Assembly: GCA_036273915.1 (NCBI GenBank)
Contig: DASUGR010000015.1
Location: 1-63,829, forward strand
Source: Planctomycetota bacterium
GTDB lineage: Bacteria > Planctomycetota > PLA2
Length of the DNA stretch: 63,829 bases
Direction: 5' to 3'
In this document: positions 20,881 to 33,280 of the stretch, one piece after another
How positions within the stretch are numbered: the first letter of the stretch is position 1
Layout of the letters: each line of letters begins with the position of its first letter
The notes under the pieces: model-generated
Seen by the model: the letters and a program-made list of their open reading frames with translations, nothing else
Database searches by the model: none
What the model was told of the DNA's origin: nothing
Position numbers and translations under genes: made by a program

Positions 20881-22292
20881 CCCTGCTCCTGCTCACGATC
20901 CCCGCGCTGGCAGGCGCGGTCGACGTCCCGCAGGGCGAGCAGCCGAAGGTCGACGGCGTCGTCGAGGACGCGGAGTGGAAGGGGGCCGCGCGCCTCGCGG
21001 CCGGGGACGGCGAGGCCTTCCTCCTCGCCTCGGGGCGCGTCCTGTGCATCGGGATCCGGGTGAAGCGGCCCTACGCGGGCGAGCGGATCGACCTGCAGGC
21101 CGCCGACGAGGCCGGGACGAACTACTCGTCCCACTCCTTCCACCCTGCCTGCACGGTCCCGCCCGTCTCGCTCTACCCGCTCGCGCCCGTGTTCGTGCGG
21201 CGGGCCTCGTACGCGCTGCGCCAGCAGGCCCCCGTCGCCCCCCCCGCTTCCTGTCTCTTCCGCGCGCGCGTTTACACCGATGCGGACTCCTGGTCCGCCG
21301 AGATCGCCGTGGCGCTCGAGGGCCTCGAGGTCTCGCCGGTGACGCCGATCGTGTTCACGCTGGACGTGCTCCACCCCGCCGGGGAGACCCGGCCGATCCC
21401 CTTCGCGCCGCCCAGGGGCGAGGCGCTGAAGGACTGGCAACACCTCGTCGCGACGTGGCCGGAGGGCGCGCCGTCGTTCCTCACGCCCGAGGAGGACAGC
21501 AACCGCGCCTTCGAGCTCTCGCTGTCGCTCGAGACGCTCGCGATCGTCATGCAGCAGGATCCCGAGTCGACGCCGGTGGCCGACGCGGTCCAGGCCCGGA
21601 AGAGCACGAAGAGGATCGACGCGCTGCTCGCGGGGCTCGACGCGTGCGTGGCGCGGGATCCCCTCGACTTCTTCGCCCTCGCGACGCGCGCCTCGCTCCT
21701 GCGGCGCGCGAACCGCCTCGAGGACGCGTGGAAGGCGGAGGAGGAGATCTGGAGGCACGAGCCCGGCCGCCCGAGCCACCTCTTCTCCGGGCTCCGGCGC
21801 ATGATGCTCATCTCGGACCTCAAGTTCGAGGAGGCCGCGGCGATGCCCCTTCCGGGCCGCGACCGCATCACGGTGCTGGCCGAGGCGTGGGCGAGGGAGG
21901 TCGCGGCGCGCGGGCGCGACAAGGGCCTCCCGAGGGTCGCCTTCGACACGAACCGGGGACGCGTCGTCGTCGAGATCTTCGACCGCGACGCGCCCAAGGC
22001 GGCCGCGCGGCTCCTCGCGCTCGTCGGGAAGGGGGCGTTCACGGACGCCGTCTTCGACGAGGTCACCGGCGCAGCGTTCGCGCGCGCGACGCCGAAGCCG
22101 GCGCTGCGCTCGGAGCCCGAGGGCACGCGGCGCGCGTGGCGGGGCACGATCTCGTTCGCGGACTCGGGCGCGCTGCGGTTCCACACCGGGACGGACACGG
22201 CCCCCGCGGTCGGACGCATCGTCGAGGGGATGGACGCGGTGGACGCGCTCGACGCGATGGACCGGATCAAGTCGGCGGAGATCCTCCCCTGA
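20862..22292 (+). CDS. Secreted protein with a degenerate C-terminal cyclophilin-like (PPIase) domain
   Basis: ORF track, 476 aa, GTG start overlapping the upstream gene by 19 nt. The signal peptide reads PGLRVALLLLTIPALAGAVD. The C-terminus (RVAFDTNRGRVVVEIFDRDAPKAAARLL...GRIVEGMDAVDALD) follows the cyclophilin pattern but lacks the FHRV and QGGD catalytic motifs. Confidence 0.7.
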   Translation: MPGLRVALLLLTIPALAGAVDVPQGEQPKVDGVVEDAEWKGAARLAAGDGEAFLLASGRVLCIGIRVKRPYAGERIDLQAADEAGTNYSSHSFHPACTVPPVSLYPLAPVFVRRASYALRQQAPVAPPASCLFRARVYTDADSWSAEIAVALEGLEVSPVTPIVFTLDVLHPAGETRPIPFAPPRGEALKDWQHLVATWPEGAPSFLTPEEDSNRAFELSLSLETLAIVMQQDPESTPVADAVQARKSTKRIDALLAGLDACVARDPLDFFALATRASLLRRANRLEDAWKAEEEIWRHEPGRPSHLFSGLRRMMLISDLKFEEAAAMPLPGRDRITVLAEAWAREVAARGRDKGLPRVAFDTNRGRVVVEIFDRDAPKAAARLLALVGKGAFTDAVFDEVTGAAFARATPKPALRSEPEGTRRAWRGTISFADSGALRFHTGTDTAPAVGRIVEGMDAVDALDAMDRIKSAEILP

Positions 22293-22345
22293 GCCTGCTC
22301 GCCCTGCTCCTCGCTCTCGACATCGTCGCGGGCGGGGAGGCCCGC

Positions 22346-24379
22346 GTGCGCGTGGAGACGGACGGCAGCCCTGCGGCGCGCTACGCGGCGGACGTCGTGC
22401 GGCGCCACGCGGTGCTCCTGACCGGCGTCGCGCTGCCGGAGACCGGCCACGCGCCCGCGCTCCGCTTCGAGCGGTCGGACGACCCCGGCTACGTGATCAC
22501 GCCCAAGGGCCTCGTGCGCGGGAGCGACCTCGCGCGCGCGGCGTGGGACATCCTCGCGTCGTGGGGAGTCCGGCCCCCGGACCCCCCCGTTTCCAGGCGC
22601 GAGGCGCTCGCGATCGAGCCGCGGACGTGGAAGCCCGCCCGCGTGCTCTACACGGAGCGGCTCGATCCCTCGTTCCCGGCGCAGGGGATCGCCGTGCGCG
22701 GCCTCGGCGCGTACCGCCCCAATCCGCTCGCGAGGGACCTCGGCTACGAGGTAAGGGTCGCGAGCACGTCGTTCGACGATTTCCTCTCGCCGGCGCTGTT
22801 CGAGGCGCACCCGGAGTGGTTCGCGAAGCGGGGGGGGGAGCGGGGGCCGCGCGGCAACTTCGCGCTGCTCGACGCGGGCGCGCGCGCCGCCTACCTGGAT
22901 GCGCTCGGCCTATGGCTCGGCGAGCACCCCGAGGTGGACTGCATGGGGATCTGGCCCGAGGTCACGACGGTCTGGGACGAGGACGCGCTCGCGGCCGGCG
23001 CGCCGGAAAGCTACGCGCTCCTCTGGCGCGAGGCCGCCGCGCGCTTCCCGGAGCGGCGGTTCGAGATCCTCGCGACCGGGCTCACGCTGCGGCCGCCCGC
23101 GGAAGGGGCCGTGCCCGGGAACGTCGAGGTGCGGCTCGTGCCGGGCGCGGACGCGAGCGGGCTCCAGGGGGTCGTTGGCCAGCCGATCGAGCAGGTCGCG
23201 CGCGCGTGGGAGACGCGCGGCGCGCGCGTCGTGCTCGAGATCGACGCGCAGCCGGACGCCTTCCTCGGGATGCCGTGGCCGTGCCAAGAGGCGATCCGCG
23301 AGAACGCGCGGCGGTTCGGCGCCGCGGTGCTCAAGGGCGGCGGGCACCTCGAGGCGCGGATCTGGCGCGACCCGGACGCCCCGCTCGACCTGCCGCCGCT
23401 TCTCGCCCGCGCGGCGGAGCGCGCGCGCGGCGTGCGGTCGTCGGGCGACCCGCGGGATGCCGCGGACCTCTTCCTCGAGGAGGACTTCGGGCTCGGCTTC
23501 CGCGTCGGCGCGGTCGAGCGCCTCTACCGGCTCGCGGCGGACGAGGCGGGCGACCCGGCGGGGCGGCGCTCCGCGGCGGCGGACCTCCTCCTCGGCTACG
23601 AGGCCGTGCGGCGAGAGCTCGGACCCGTCGACCGCGCGTCGTACGACCGCCACCGCGGGCGCGAGTACGGAGCGCTCCTCGCGGCGCTCCTGCCGGGCGG
23701 CGTCGAGCGCGCGGTCGGCCCCGCCCGCGTGCGCGAGACGTTCGCGCGGGTCGAGGTGGAGACCGACCGGCTGCTCCTCGGCATCGACCGGCGCTCTGCG
23801 GCCGTCGTTTCGGTCCGGAGGAAGCTCGCGACCGGCTTCGGCGAGGATCTCGCGGGCGGGGAGGGCACGTTCTTCGCCGTGGTTGCGCTGGCCGAGGAGG
23901 CGGACCACGTCGAGAACGAGCTGCGCGTCGAGGCGGTCGAGGACCGCGTGCACGTCGAGCTGTCGGGGCGGCTGCGGCCGGGCGGCCCAAGGTGGCGCTC
24001 GACGCTCGAGCTCGCGAGCGGGTCGGCGACGGTGCGCCAAACGGCGTCGGTCGAGGTGGACGGCGGGATCGCGGCGGGGTGCGCCTGGAAGGGGAAGGCG
24101 TTCGACCGCTGGGTGTGCCCGGCGTACGCCGCCGAGGGCCGGCTGGAAGGGGAGGGGTCCGGGGAACCCCCGCCGAAGAATCTCGCGCTGCCGCAGGGCA
24201 CGCTCCTCTACTGCCGCGCGGGCGAGCGTGGCGCCGGGATCGCGGCGCGGCTGCCGGACGGCGGGATCGTCTCGCTCCTCGTGCGCGACACGACGACGCT
24301 CGTCGTGGGCCACCCGACGGCGCGCACCCTGCGCGCGGACTGGATCGTCTTCACGGACCTCGGCGAGCTCGGGAAGTAG
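22346..24379 (+). CDS. Hypothetical protein of about 677 aa (weak resemblance to the DUF4838 glycosyl-hydrolase-like family). The start is ambiguous.
   Basis: Last part of listed ORF 20975..24379. GTG at 22346 is preceded by GGGGAGG with a 5-nt spacer. The in-frame upstream stretch LSLLALLLALDIVAGGEA looks like a signal-peptide core but has only CTG codons (22289, 22295). The segment FEAHPEWFAKRGG...NFALLDAGARAAYLDALGLWLGEHPEVDCMGIWPE gives a weak family hint. Confidence 0.65.
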   Translation: MRVETDGSPAARYAADVVRRHAVLLTGVALPETGHAPALRFERSDDPGYVITPKGLVRGSDLARAAWDILASWGVRPPDPPVSRREALAIEPRTWKPARVLYTERLDPSFPAQGIAVRGLGAYRPNPLARDLGYEVRVASTSFDDFLSPALFEAHPEWFAKRGGERGPRGNFALLDAGARAAYLDALGLWLGEHPEVDCMGIWPEVTTVWDEDALAAGAPESYALLWREAAARFPERRFEILATGLTLRPPAEGAVPGNVEVRLVPGADASGLQGVVGQPIEQVARAWETRGARVVLEIDAQPDAFLGMPWPCQEAIRENARRFGAAVLKGGGHLEARIWRDPDAPLDLPPLLARAAERARGVRSSGDPRDAADLFLEEDFGLGFRVGAVERLYRLAADEAGDPAGRRSAAADLLLGYEAVRRELGPVDRASYDRHRGREYGALLAALLPGGVERAVGPARVRETFARVEVETDRLLLGIDRRSAAVVSVRRKLATGFGEDLAGGEGTFFAVVALAEEADHVENELRVEAVEDRVHVELSGRLRPGGPRWRSTLELASGSATVRQTASVEVDGGIAAGCAWKGKAFDRWVCPAYAAEGRLEGEGSGEPPPKNLALPQGTLLYCRAGERGAGIAARLPDGGIVSLLVRDTTTLVVGHPTARTLRADWIVFTDLGELGK

Positions 24380-24409
24380 ATGCGGTACGGGGCGTGACGA
24401 TCGGCATCC

Positions 24410-24435
24410 GGGTGCGGACGCCGAGGTCCGCACCC
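24410..24435. terminator. 10-bp perfect hairpin between convergent genes (possible bidirectional terminator)
   Basis: GGGTGCGGAC (24410-24419) pairs with GTCCGCACCC (24426-24435) around a 6-nt loop. No clear U-tract is present on either side. Confidence 0.35.
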
Positions 24436-24475
24436 CATCGCCACAAGTCACATCACGACAACGACTTCCGCTCGC

Positions 24476-27724
<3,249 letters not shown>

Positions 27725-27808
27725 CCTCGTCCGGAGCGTGTTTACACGGTTCGGGGCGGGCGTCAAGCCTCGGGCGCCTTCGCGACGGGCGCACGCCCCG
27801 GGAAAGGC

Positions 27809-28507
27809 TCATGCGGGGGGGGCCGGGGGGCCGCCGCCGCCCCCGCCGCCGCCCGAGCGCCGGCGGCGCCTCCTGCGGCGGCGGCGAGGCGGGGCGCCCT
27901 CCGAGGAGGCATCCTGGGCCGGCGCGGGTTCCTCCCCCCCGGGCCCCCCCGCTTCCGTTTCGGGAGTCTCCGCGGAGCGGAGCGCGACGGCCTCCTGCGC
28001 CTTCTCGACGACGGTCTTGATCCCGAGGCGCGCACGCTCGCGCGCCTTCTCCTCGCGCGTCATCTGCTCGCGGGCCTTCCTCGCCTCCTCCCGCTCGCGG
28101 CGCAGGCCATTGAGCCGCTCCCGCTCGCGCTCGTAGCCCTCCTCGTCCTCGAGGGGCTCGCGGCCTTCGAGCTCCACGGTCGCATAGAAGGCGTAGAGCT
28201 CCTCCCGACGCCGCAGCCACGGGTTGCCGGCGGGCGCGAGGGAGCGGACCCGGTGGTAGTAGGCGCGCGAGAGGTAGTCGTGCATGAGCCGCGAGTGGAT
28301 CTCGTCGGCGGCCACCGCGTCGAGGGCGGCGGGGGGGCCCTCGATCTGCCGGAAGAAGGCGCAGGCGAGCCCGAGCTCCACCGGGCAGTCGAGCATGTGG
28401 ATGAGCCCCGCGGCGCAGGAGCAGACCTGGATCGGCTCGGGCGCTCCGCCCCCGGTGTGCGCGTGCACCTGGTTCGCGCAGCGCGGCGCGGACTCGGCGG
28501 GCTCCAT
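27809..28507 (-). CDS. Hypothetical Cys/His-rich protein with a charged coiled coil and a poly-Arg/poly-Gly tail
   Basis: ORF track, 232 aa. The N-terminal Cys/His cluster reads CANQVHAHT...VCSCAAGLIHMLDCPVELGLAC. The middle is an ERERERL-type helix. The tail reads PPRRRRRRRRRRSGGGGGGGGPPAPPA. Confidence 0.6.
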   Translation of the reverse strand: MEPAESAPRCANQVHAHTGGGAPEPIQVCSCAAGLIHMLDCPVELGLACAFFRQIEGPPAALDAVAADEIHSRLMHDYLSRAYYHRVRSLAPAGNPWLRRREELYAFYATVELEGREPLEDEEGYERERERLNGLRREREEARKAREQMTREEKARERARLGIKTVVEKAQEAVALRSAETPETEAGGPGGEEPAPAQDASSEGAPPRRRRRRRRRRSGGGGGGGGPPAPPA

Positions 28508-28572
28508 GGCCCGACATCCTACCGCGGCGGCGCCGATTGCGCCCCCCGGGGGCTCGTGCTAGCCTCCGCCGC

Positions 28573-29277
28573 ATGGCCGAGACCCCCGCCCGCGAGACGA
28601 CGACCGTCATCGTCCGCCCCTACCCGAAGATCGTCTACCTCTACCTGACCTGGATCGTCTCGCTCCTCTGCGGGATCTTCCAGCCGCAGCTCGGCGTGAG
28701 GGACGTGCTCAACGAGACCATCCTCCGCACGAGCGGGTTCTGGGGCCGCATCTGGCTCTTCGCCTTCGTCTTCAACATCCTCGTGATCTCGTTCGAGTTC
28801 TCGCGGATCCGTTCGGTGGCGATCATCTTCGCGCTCCTCGCCTTCGTGTTCGCGGGGTCCCAGTTCGGGTTCCTCGACGTGGTGGGCGCCTTCCTCGGCC
28901 ACCTCCCGATCCTGATGAACAAGACCTTCTACTTCGCGGTGACCGCGATCTTCACGGTCATCTACCTGCTCGTGTTCATCAACACCCGGTTCAACTACTG
29001 GGAGTTCCAGCCGAACGAGATCCTGCACCACCACGGGTTCCTCGGCGACGTCCAGCGCTACCCGACGCGCGGGCTGCGGATGCAGAAGGAGATCACCGAC
29101 GTCCTCGAGCACATCCTGCTGCGGGCGGGAACGCTCGTCCTCTCGCCGGCCGAGACCGACCGCCCGATCGTGCTCGAGAACGTGATCAACCTGAACGGCG
29201 TCGAGGACAAGATCCAGCGGCTGCTCGGCACGCTCAAGGTGCGTATCGACGAGGGCCAGGTCGGCGGGGCGGACTGA
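28573..29277 (+). CDS. Membrane protein with a bacterial PH (YdbS/YdbT-like) domain
   Basis: Starts at an internal ATG at 28573 (MAETPARETTTVIVRPYPKIVYLYL). It has four hydrophobic helices followed by a bPH-like segment, ITDVLEHILLRAGTLVLSPAETDRPIVLENV. Confidence 0.75.
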   Translation: MAETPARETTTVIVRPYPKIVYLYLTWIVSLLCGIFQPQLGVRDVLNETILRTSGFWGRIWLFAFVFNILVISFEFSRIRSVAIIFALLAFVFAGSQFGFLDVVGAFLGHLPILMNKTFYFAVTAIFTVIYLLVFINTRFNYWEFQPNEILHHHGFLGDVQRYPTRGLRMQKEITDVLEHILLRAGTLVLSPAETDRPIVLENVINLNGVEDKIQRLLGTLKVRIDEGQVGGAD

Positions 29278-29325
29278 CCTAGGCCGAACGACGGCGGTGG
29301 CGCGGGACGGCTTCCGCGTTCGCGC

Positions 29326-29754
29326 CTACCGGCGAACGCCCGTGTAGCTGCCGAGCGGGCCCGTGTCGAAGTTCGTGTCCGAGAAGCCGCAGCAGAACTG
29401 GTTCCCGTCCGGGCTGAACAGGAAACTCACGTCCGCCTCGTAGTCGAGATCGCCGTTGATCGGCACGAGCGTGATGTCGAGCCGGTTCCCGACGATCGTC
29501 GCCGTGCCCTCGAGCTGCCGGTCGTTCGAGTTGACGTAGGTCGTGCCCGTGCACACCACGGTCGTCCCGGTCTGCTGGAAGGTGATCGTCCCGCGCAGGA
29601 AGTACCCGGGGCTGCCCGTGTAGTCGTAGGTGCCGGTCACGTCGACGACCGCGGCGGGCAGCTCCTCGCACGCCCACGCGCCCTCCGGGGCCGGGTCGCC
29701 CGAGGAGCCGCAGGAGGCGAGCAGGAACACGAGGCCGGGGAATCCGACGCGCAT
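29326..29754 (-). CDS. Small lipoprotein, function unknown
   Basis: Internal ATG at 29754 gives MRVGFPGLVFLLASCGSSGD, which carries a lipobox. The product is 142 aa and predicted beta-rich. Confidence 0.75.
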   Translation of the reverse strand: MRVGFPGLVFLLASCGSSGDPAPEGAWACEELPAAVVDVTGTYDYTGSPGYFLRGTITFQQTGTTVVCTGTTYVNSNDRQLEGTATIVGNRLDITLVPINGDLDYEADVSFLFSPDGNQFCCGFSDTNFDTGPLGSYTGVRR

Positions 29755-29788
29755 GCCGTCCGGGAGCTTAGCAGGCGCCGCTCCCGTG

Positions 29789-31348
29789 TCACCGGATCTC
29801 GCGGAAGTCGCCGCGGTTGGCGACGGCGAGCCGGCGAAGGAAATCGACGGCCGTCCCCGACTCGGCGGGCTCGTCGTCCTGGCCTGTCCGGAGCGCAACC
29901 GCGTGGATCCGGACGGCGCGTCCCGGGTTCCCCGCCGCGACCTCCGCGAGGATCTGCTCGGGCTCGGAGTAGGTCTTGCCGCGGTAGGAGCACCGGTAGG
30001 GCGTCCCGTCCGTGAGCAGCACGATCGTGTCGGGCTCGAAGGGGTCCTCGAGCGCCATCATCAACGCCCCGTACGTGTTGGTCGGGCCGCCCGGTTTCTG
30101 GGCGCGGAGGGCCTGCGCCGCGGCGTCCGCCTGCGACCGGTCGCCCGAGGCCATGGACGGCGAGGGCCACGGGCGGACGTCGCCGGAGAAGGCGAACACC
30201 CGGAACCGCGCCCCGGCGGGCAGCGTCCGCACGGCCCGGTCCAGCTCGCGCGCCGCGTAGCCGAGGCGGGAGAGGCCCGTGTCGTCGACCACCCCCATCG
30301 ACGCGGAGACGTCGATCACGAACGTGACCTTGGCGGTCCGGAGGCCCAAGTCGAAGAAGTAGGTCCGCTCCCCCGGCTCCGGCGCTCCTGGCCCGGCCCA
30401 GCCGTCCTGCGCCGCAGCCCACCAGCTCCGCCAGAGATCCGCGTCGGGACCGAAGTCCTTGCCGGTGAGTCCCAGGAGGGCATCGGCGATCGCGAGGCGG
30501 AGCCGCACGTCGGTCTCGTCCGCGAGGCGCTTCACGAGGAGCGCGACCGGCTCGCGGCCGGACCTCGCAGCGAGCCCGCGGATCGCGGCGCCGCGCACGA
30601 GCGCCGAGGGGTCGGCGAGGACCTTCGCCGCCTGCTCCGGCTCGAGCGTCCGCGACCCCGCGGCCGCCGCGCGCAGCCGCTGGTCGGGATCCTCGAGCGC
30701 GTCCTCGAGCGCGGGGTCGTCGATCCCGAGCGACGCCAGCGCGGCGACGGCGGCGGCGCGCACCTGCGGGTCCTCCGCGCGCGCGAGCGGCGCGATCGCG
30801 GGACCGAGCGAGGCGGCGCCGGCGCGGCCGATCCCCTCGAGCGTGAGCGTCACGAGCTCTCGCTCGAGCGGGCCGGCCTCGGCGAGGGTCGCGCGGTCGC
30901 CGCTACCGGAAGAGGGGCCGAGGATGTGCGTCGCGATCCAGGCGAGGTCGTCCGGCCGGCGCACGTTCCCGAGCGCTTCGGGCAGCACCGTGTAGAGGAG
31001 CTCGAAGCGGGCCTTGCTGCCCTCCGCCCCGAAGAGGCCGCGCACCATCGCGGCGAGCGCCTGGGGCGTGCCCACGCGCGCGATCGCGTGCGCCGCCTCC
31101 GCGCGCACCCGGAAGGAACGGTCCTCCTCGACCATCCGCGCGAGCAGGCGGCCGGCCGCCGCGCGCGATGCGTTCTCGAAGGGCAGGTGGGCGAGCTCCC
31201 TGGCGAGCGTCGCGCGCTCGTGGACGGCCTCGGGCGCCTGCCGGGAGGCGAGCTGCTCGTAGCGTTCCGTGATCTCCGTCGCGCGCGCGGCGAGGTACTC
31301 GGCATCCGTCCCGTCCCCGATCAGGAGGAGCAGCAGGAGCGCCATCAT
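29789..31348 (-). CDS. HEAT-repeat plus von Willebrand factor A (VWA) domain protein
   Basis: ORF track, 519 aa. HEAT-like repeats include DPQVRAAAVAALASLG and DPSALVRGAAIRGLA. The C-terminal VWA domain has a MIDAS-like motif, VIDVSASMG...TNTYGAL...LLTDG. Confidence 0.85.
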   Translation of the reverse strand: MMALLLLLLIGDGTDAEYLAARATEITERYEQLASRQAPEAVHERATLARELAHLPFENASRAAAGRLLARMVEEDRSFRVRAEAAHAIARVGTPQALAAMVRGLFGAEGSKARFELLYTVLPEALGNVRRPDDLAWIATHILGPSSGSGDRATLAEAGPLERELVTLTLEGIGRAGAASLGPAIAPLARAEDPQVRAAAVAALASLGIDDPALEDALEDPDQRLRAAAAGSRTLEPEQAAKVLADPSALVRGAAIRGLAARSGREPVALLVKRLADETDVRLRLAIADALLGLTGKDFGPDADLWRSWWAAAQDGWAGPGAPEPGERTYFFDLGLRTAKVTFVIDVSASMGVVDDTGLSRLGYAARELDRAVRTLPAGARFRVFAFSGDVRPWPSPSMASGDRSQADAAAQALRAQKPGGPTNTYGALMMALEDPFEPDTIVLLTDGTPYRCSYRGKTYSEPEQILAEVAAGNPGRAVRIHAVALRTGQDDEPAESGTAVDFLRRLAVANRGDFREIR

Positions 31349-31950
31349 GCATCCGAACGCAGCTCGGGCGGCAGATGGGACACGTCTCCCAGGACCTCCG
31401 CCCGGAATCGCCCTCCCTCCCCCACGAGCACGGTGCGGCAGGCCTGCGGCTGCGCGATCCCCCAGACCCCCTTCGAATCCCGGCCCAAGGCGCGCGCGAT
31501 CACGACGCGATTCGCCGCCTTGTGCCCCACGGCGAGGACCCGCTCCCCCGCCTTCGCCAAGACGCCAAGCGCCCGGCCCGCGCGCTCCCAGAGGTCGCCG
31601 AACGCCTCGCCCCCGGGCATTGCAAGCCCGTTCGGGTCTTCGTACCAGCTCCGGTGGAGCGCGGGATCACGCAGGCGGATCGCCCCGGAGTCGAGGCCCT
31701 CCCACGTCCCGCGGTCGATCTCGATGAGGTCGGGAAGGAGCTCCGGCTCGTGGCCGAGCAGCCGCGCCGTCTCGATCGCGCGGGAGAGCGGGCTCGAGAA
31801 GACGCGGTCGAAGCGCTCGCCCGAGAGCGCCGCGCGCAGGCACTCCGCCTGCCGGCGCCCGGTCGCGGAGAGCGGGACGTCCGTGCGGCCGAGGAAGCGG
31901 CCGCCCTCGTTCCATCCGGTCGCGCCGTGCCGGACGAGCAGGAGCCTCAC
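31345..31950 (-). CDS. Histidine phosphatase family protein (phosphoglycerate mutase/CobC-like)
   Basis: ORF track, 201 aa. It has the RHG motif (LLLVRHGATGWN) and SSPLSRAIETA. Its stop overlaps the downstream start as ATGA. Confidence 0.9.
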   Translation of the reverse strand: MRLLLVRHGATGWNEGGRFLGRTDVPLSATGRRQAECLRAALSGERFDRVFSSPLSRAIETARLLGHEPELLPDLIEIDRGTWEGLDSGAIRLRDPALHRSWYEDPNGLAMPGGEAFGDLWERAGRALGVLAKAGERVLAVGHKAANRVVIARALGRDSKGVWGIAQPQACRTVLVGEGGRFRAEVLGDVSHLPPELRSDA

Positions 31951-31981
31951 GACCCCATGCTACGCGTTTTGCCCGCGCGGA

Positions 31982-33268
31982 TCAGAACGGCACGTGGATC
32001 CGCAGCCCGAGCAGGTAGAGGTTGTCGCCGTTCGCGAACGTCCCGCCGCCCGGATCGATGATGAACTGCGCCTCGGGCGACACCTGGATCTTCCCGTTCG
32101 CCATCATGTAGGTGTAGTAGATCTCGATGACCGCCTCGTGGTTCTTCGGGGCGCCGGGGATGATCGCGTCGATCGGCCCCTTGATGTAGCCGACGGCGAC
32201 GCCCGCCTGGTCGTCGGGCCGGCTCGGGATCGGGCCGAAGAAGGCGAGGCCGACCTGCCAGTCGGACTCGATCTGGTTCGGGTGGTTGTCCGCGCCGGGC
32301 TGGTTGTCCTTGACCGTGGCCCGGGCGAAGACGCCGATCTTGTCCGTCACGTACCAGTCGAAGGAGAGGCCGAAGCCTCCCGCGGGGCTGTCCGGCGCCG
32401 TGTTGAGCTGCGCGTACGCGCGGAGGTGGAAGTCGCGGTCGCGCAGCTTCTCGTGCCAGGCAAACTCCACGAGCAGGATCCCGTGGTTGAACCACTGGCC
32501 GGGGGTGTTGAACCAGCCCACGTCGACGCTGTACTGGCTCTTCTCCCCGAACTGCGTGAAGAAGCGCAGGCCGTAGATCGAGGTGCCGGTGGCGTTGGTC
32601 GGCCAGTCGATCGCCGGCGGGTCGTCGAAGAGGTTGTTCAGGAACTGCGTGCGCGCGTTCCCGGCGAAGGCGTTCGTCGCGTAGTAGTCGCGGGGGTCGA
32701 TGAGGCCCCCCATCACGTCGACCGCGTGGTCGCCGACGAAGAAGGTCCAGGTGGCGCCCCACTGGTAGGCCGCGATGTCGCCCGGCGCGACCGAGACCGT
32801 GCCGTCGACGCCGATGCCGTCCACGAGGCCGGACAGCGTCGCGCCGGCGGCGCCGGCGATCGAGCCGAACTGGGACGGGAACGCGGACGCGTTGCTGTTC
32901 GCGACGAGGTCGACGAAGAGGTGCAGGTTCTCCGTCACCATGATGTCGAAATCGAGCTCGGCATCGCCGTGCACGGAGTGCGTGTCCGACGGGTCGGAGC
33001 CGACCGTAGCGAGGATCACGGCGGTGATGCTCGCGTTGAGCGTCACCCCCTGGAGCCCCCCGCCGCCGCCTTGCGCGCCCGTCTCGGGAGCGACATCGGC
33101 GAGATAGCGCGCCACGTCCTTTCGCAGGAGGACCTTCTGCCGGGCCTCGAGCGCGTCGGCGCGACGCATGAGGTCAACGGCCTCCGCGCGCAGGTCGCCG
33201 TCCGTGTCGGCGCGGGCGGGCCGCGCGAGGAATGCCGCCAGGAGGAGGAGGACGATCGCTGCTCTCAT
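31982..33268 (-). CDS. OprB-like (carbohydrate-selective) outer-membrane porin with an N-terminal coiled coil, paralogue 1
   Basis: ORF track, 428 aa, with a signal peptide MRAAIVLLLLAAFLARPARA. It shares blocks with its neighbours: GWFNTPGQWFNHG, SRPDDQ, EIYY and the C-terminus HVPF. Confidence 0.78.
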   Translation of the reverse strand: MRAAIVLLLLAAFLARPARADTDGDLRAEAVDLMRRADALEARQKVLLRKDVARYLADVAPETGAQGGGGGLQGVTLNASITAVILATVGSDPSDTHSVHGDAELDFDIMVTENLHLFVDLVANSNASAFPSQFGSIAGAAGATLSGLVDGIGVDGTVSVAPGDIAAYQWGATWTFFVGDHAVDVMGGLIDPRDYYATNAFAGNARTQFLNNLFDDPPAIDWPTNATGTSIYGLRFFTQFGEKSQYSVDVGWFNTPGQWFNHGILLVEFAWHEKLRDRDFHLRAYAQLNTAPDSPAGGFGLSFDWYVTDKIGVFARATVKDNQPGADNHPNQIESDWQVGLAFFGPIPSRPDDQAGVAVGYIKGPIDAIIPGAPKNHEAVIEIYYTYMMANGKIQVSPEAQFIIDPGGGTFANGDNLYLLGLRIHVPF

Positions 33269-33280
33269 CTCGGGCGCCCC

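Noticed and set aside
27825-27905. A GCC/CGG-rich run that looks like a tandem DNA repeat
   Set aside because: It is the coding sequence for the poly-Arg/poly-Gly/Pro tail of CDS 27809..28507, not a regular tandem or CRISPR-like repeat.
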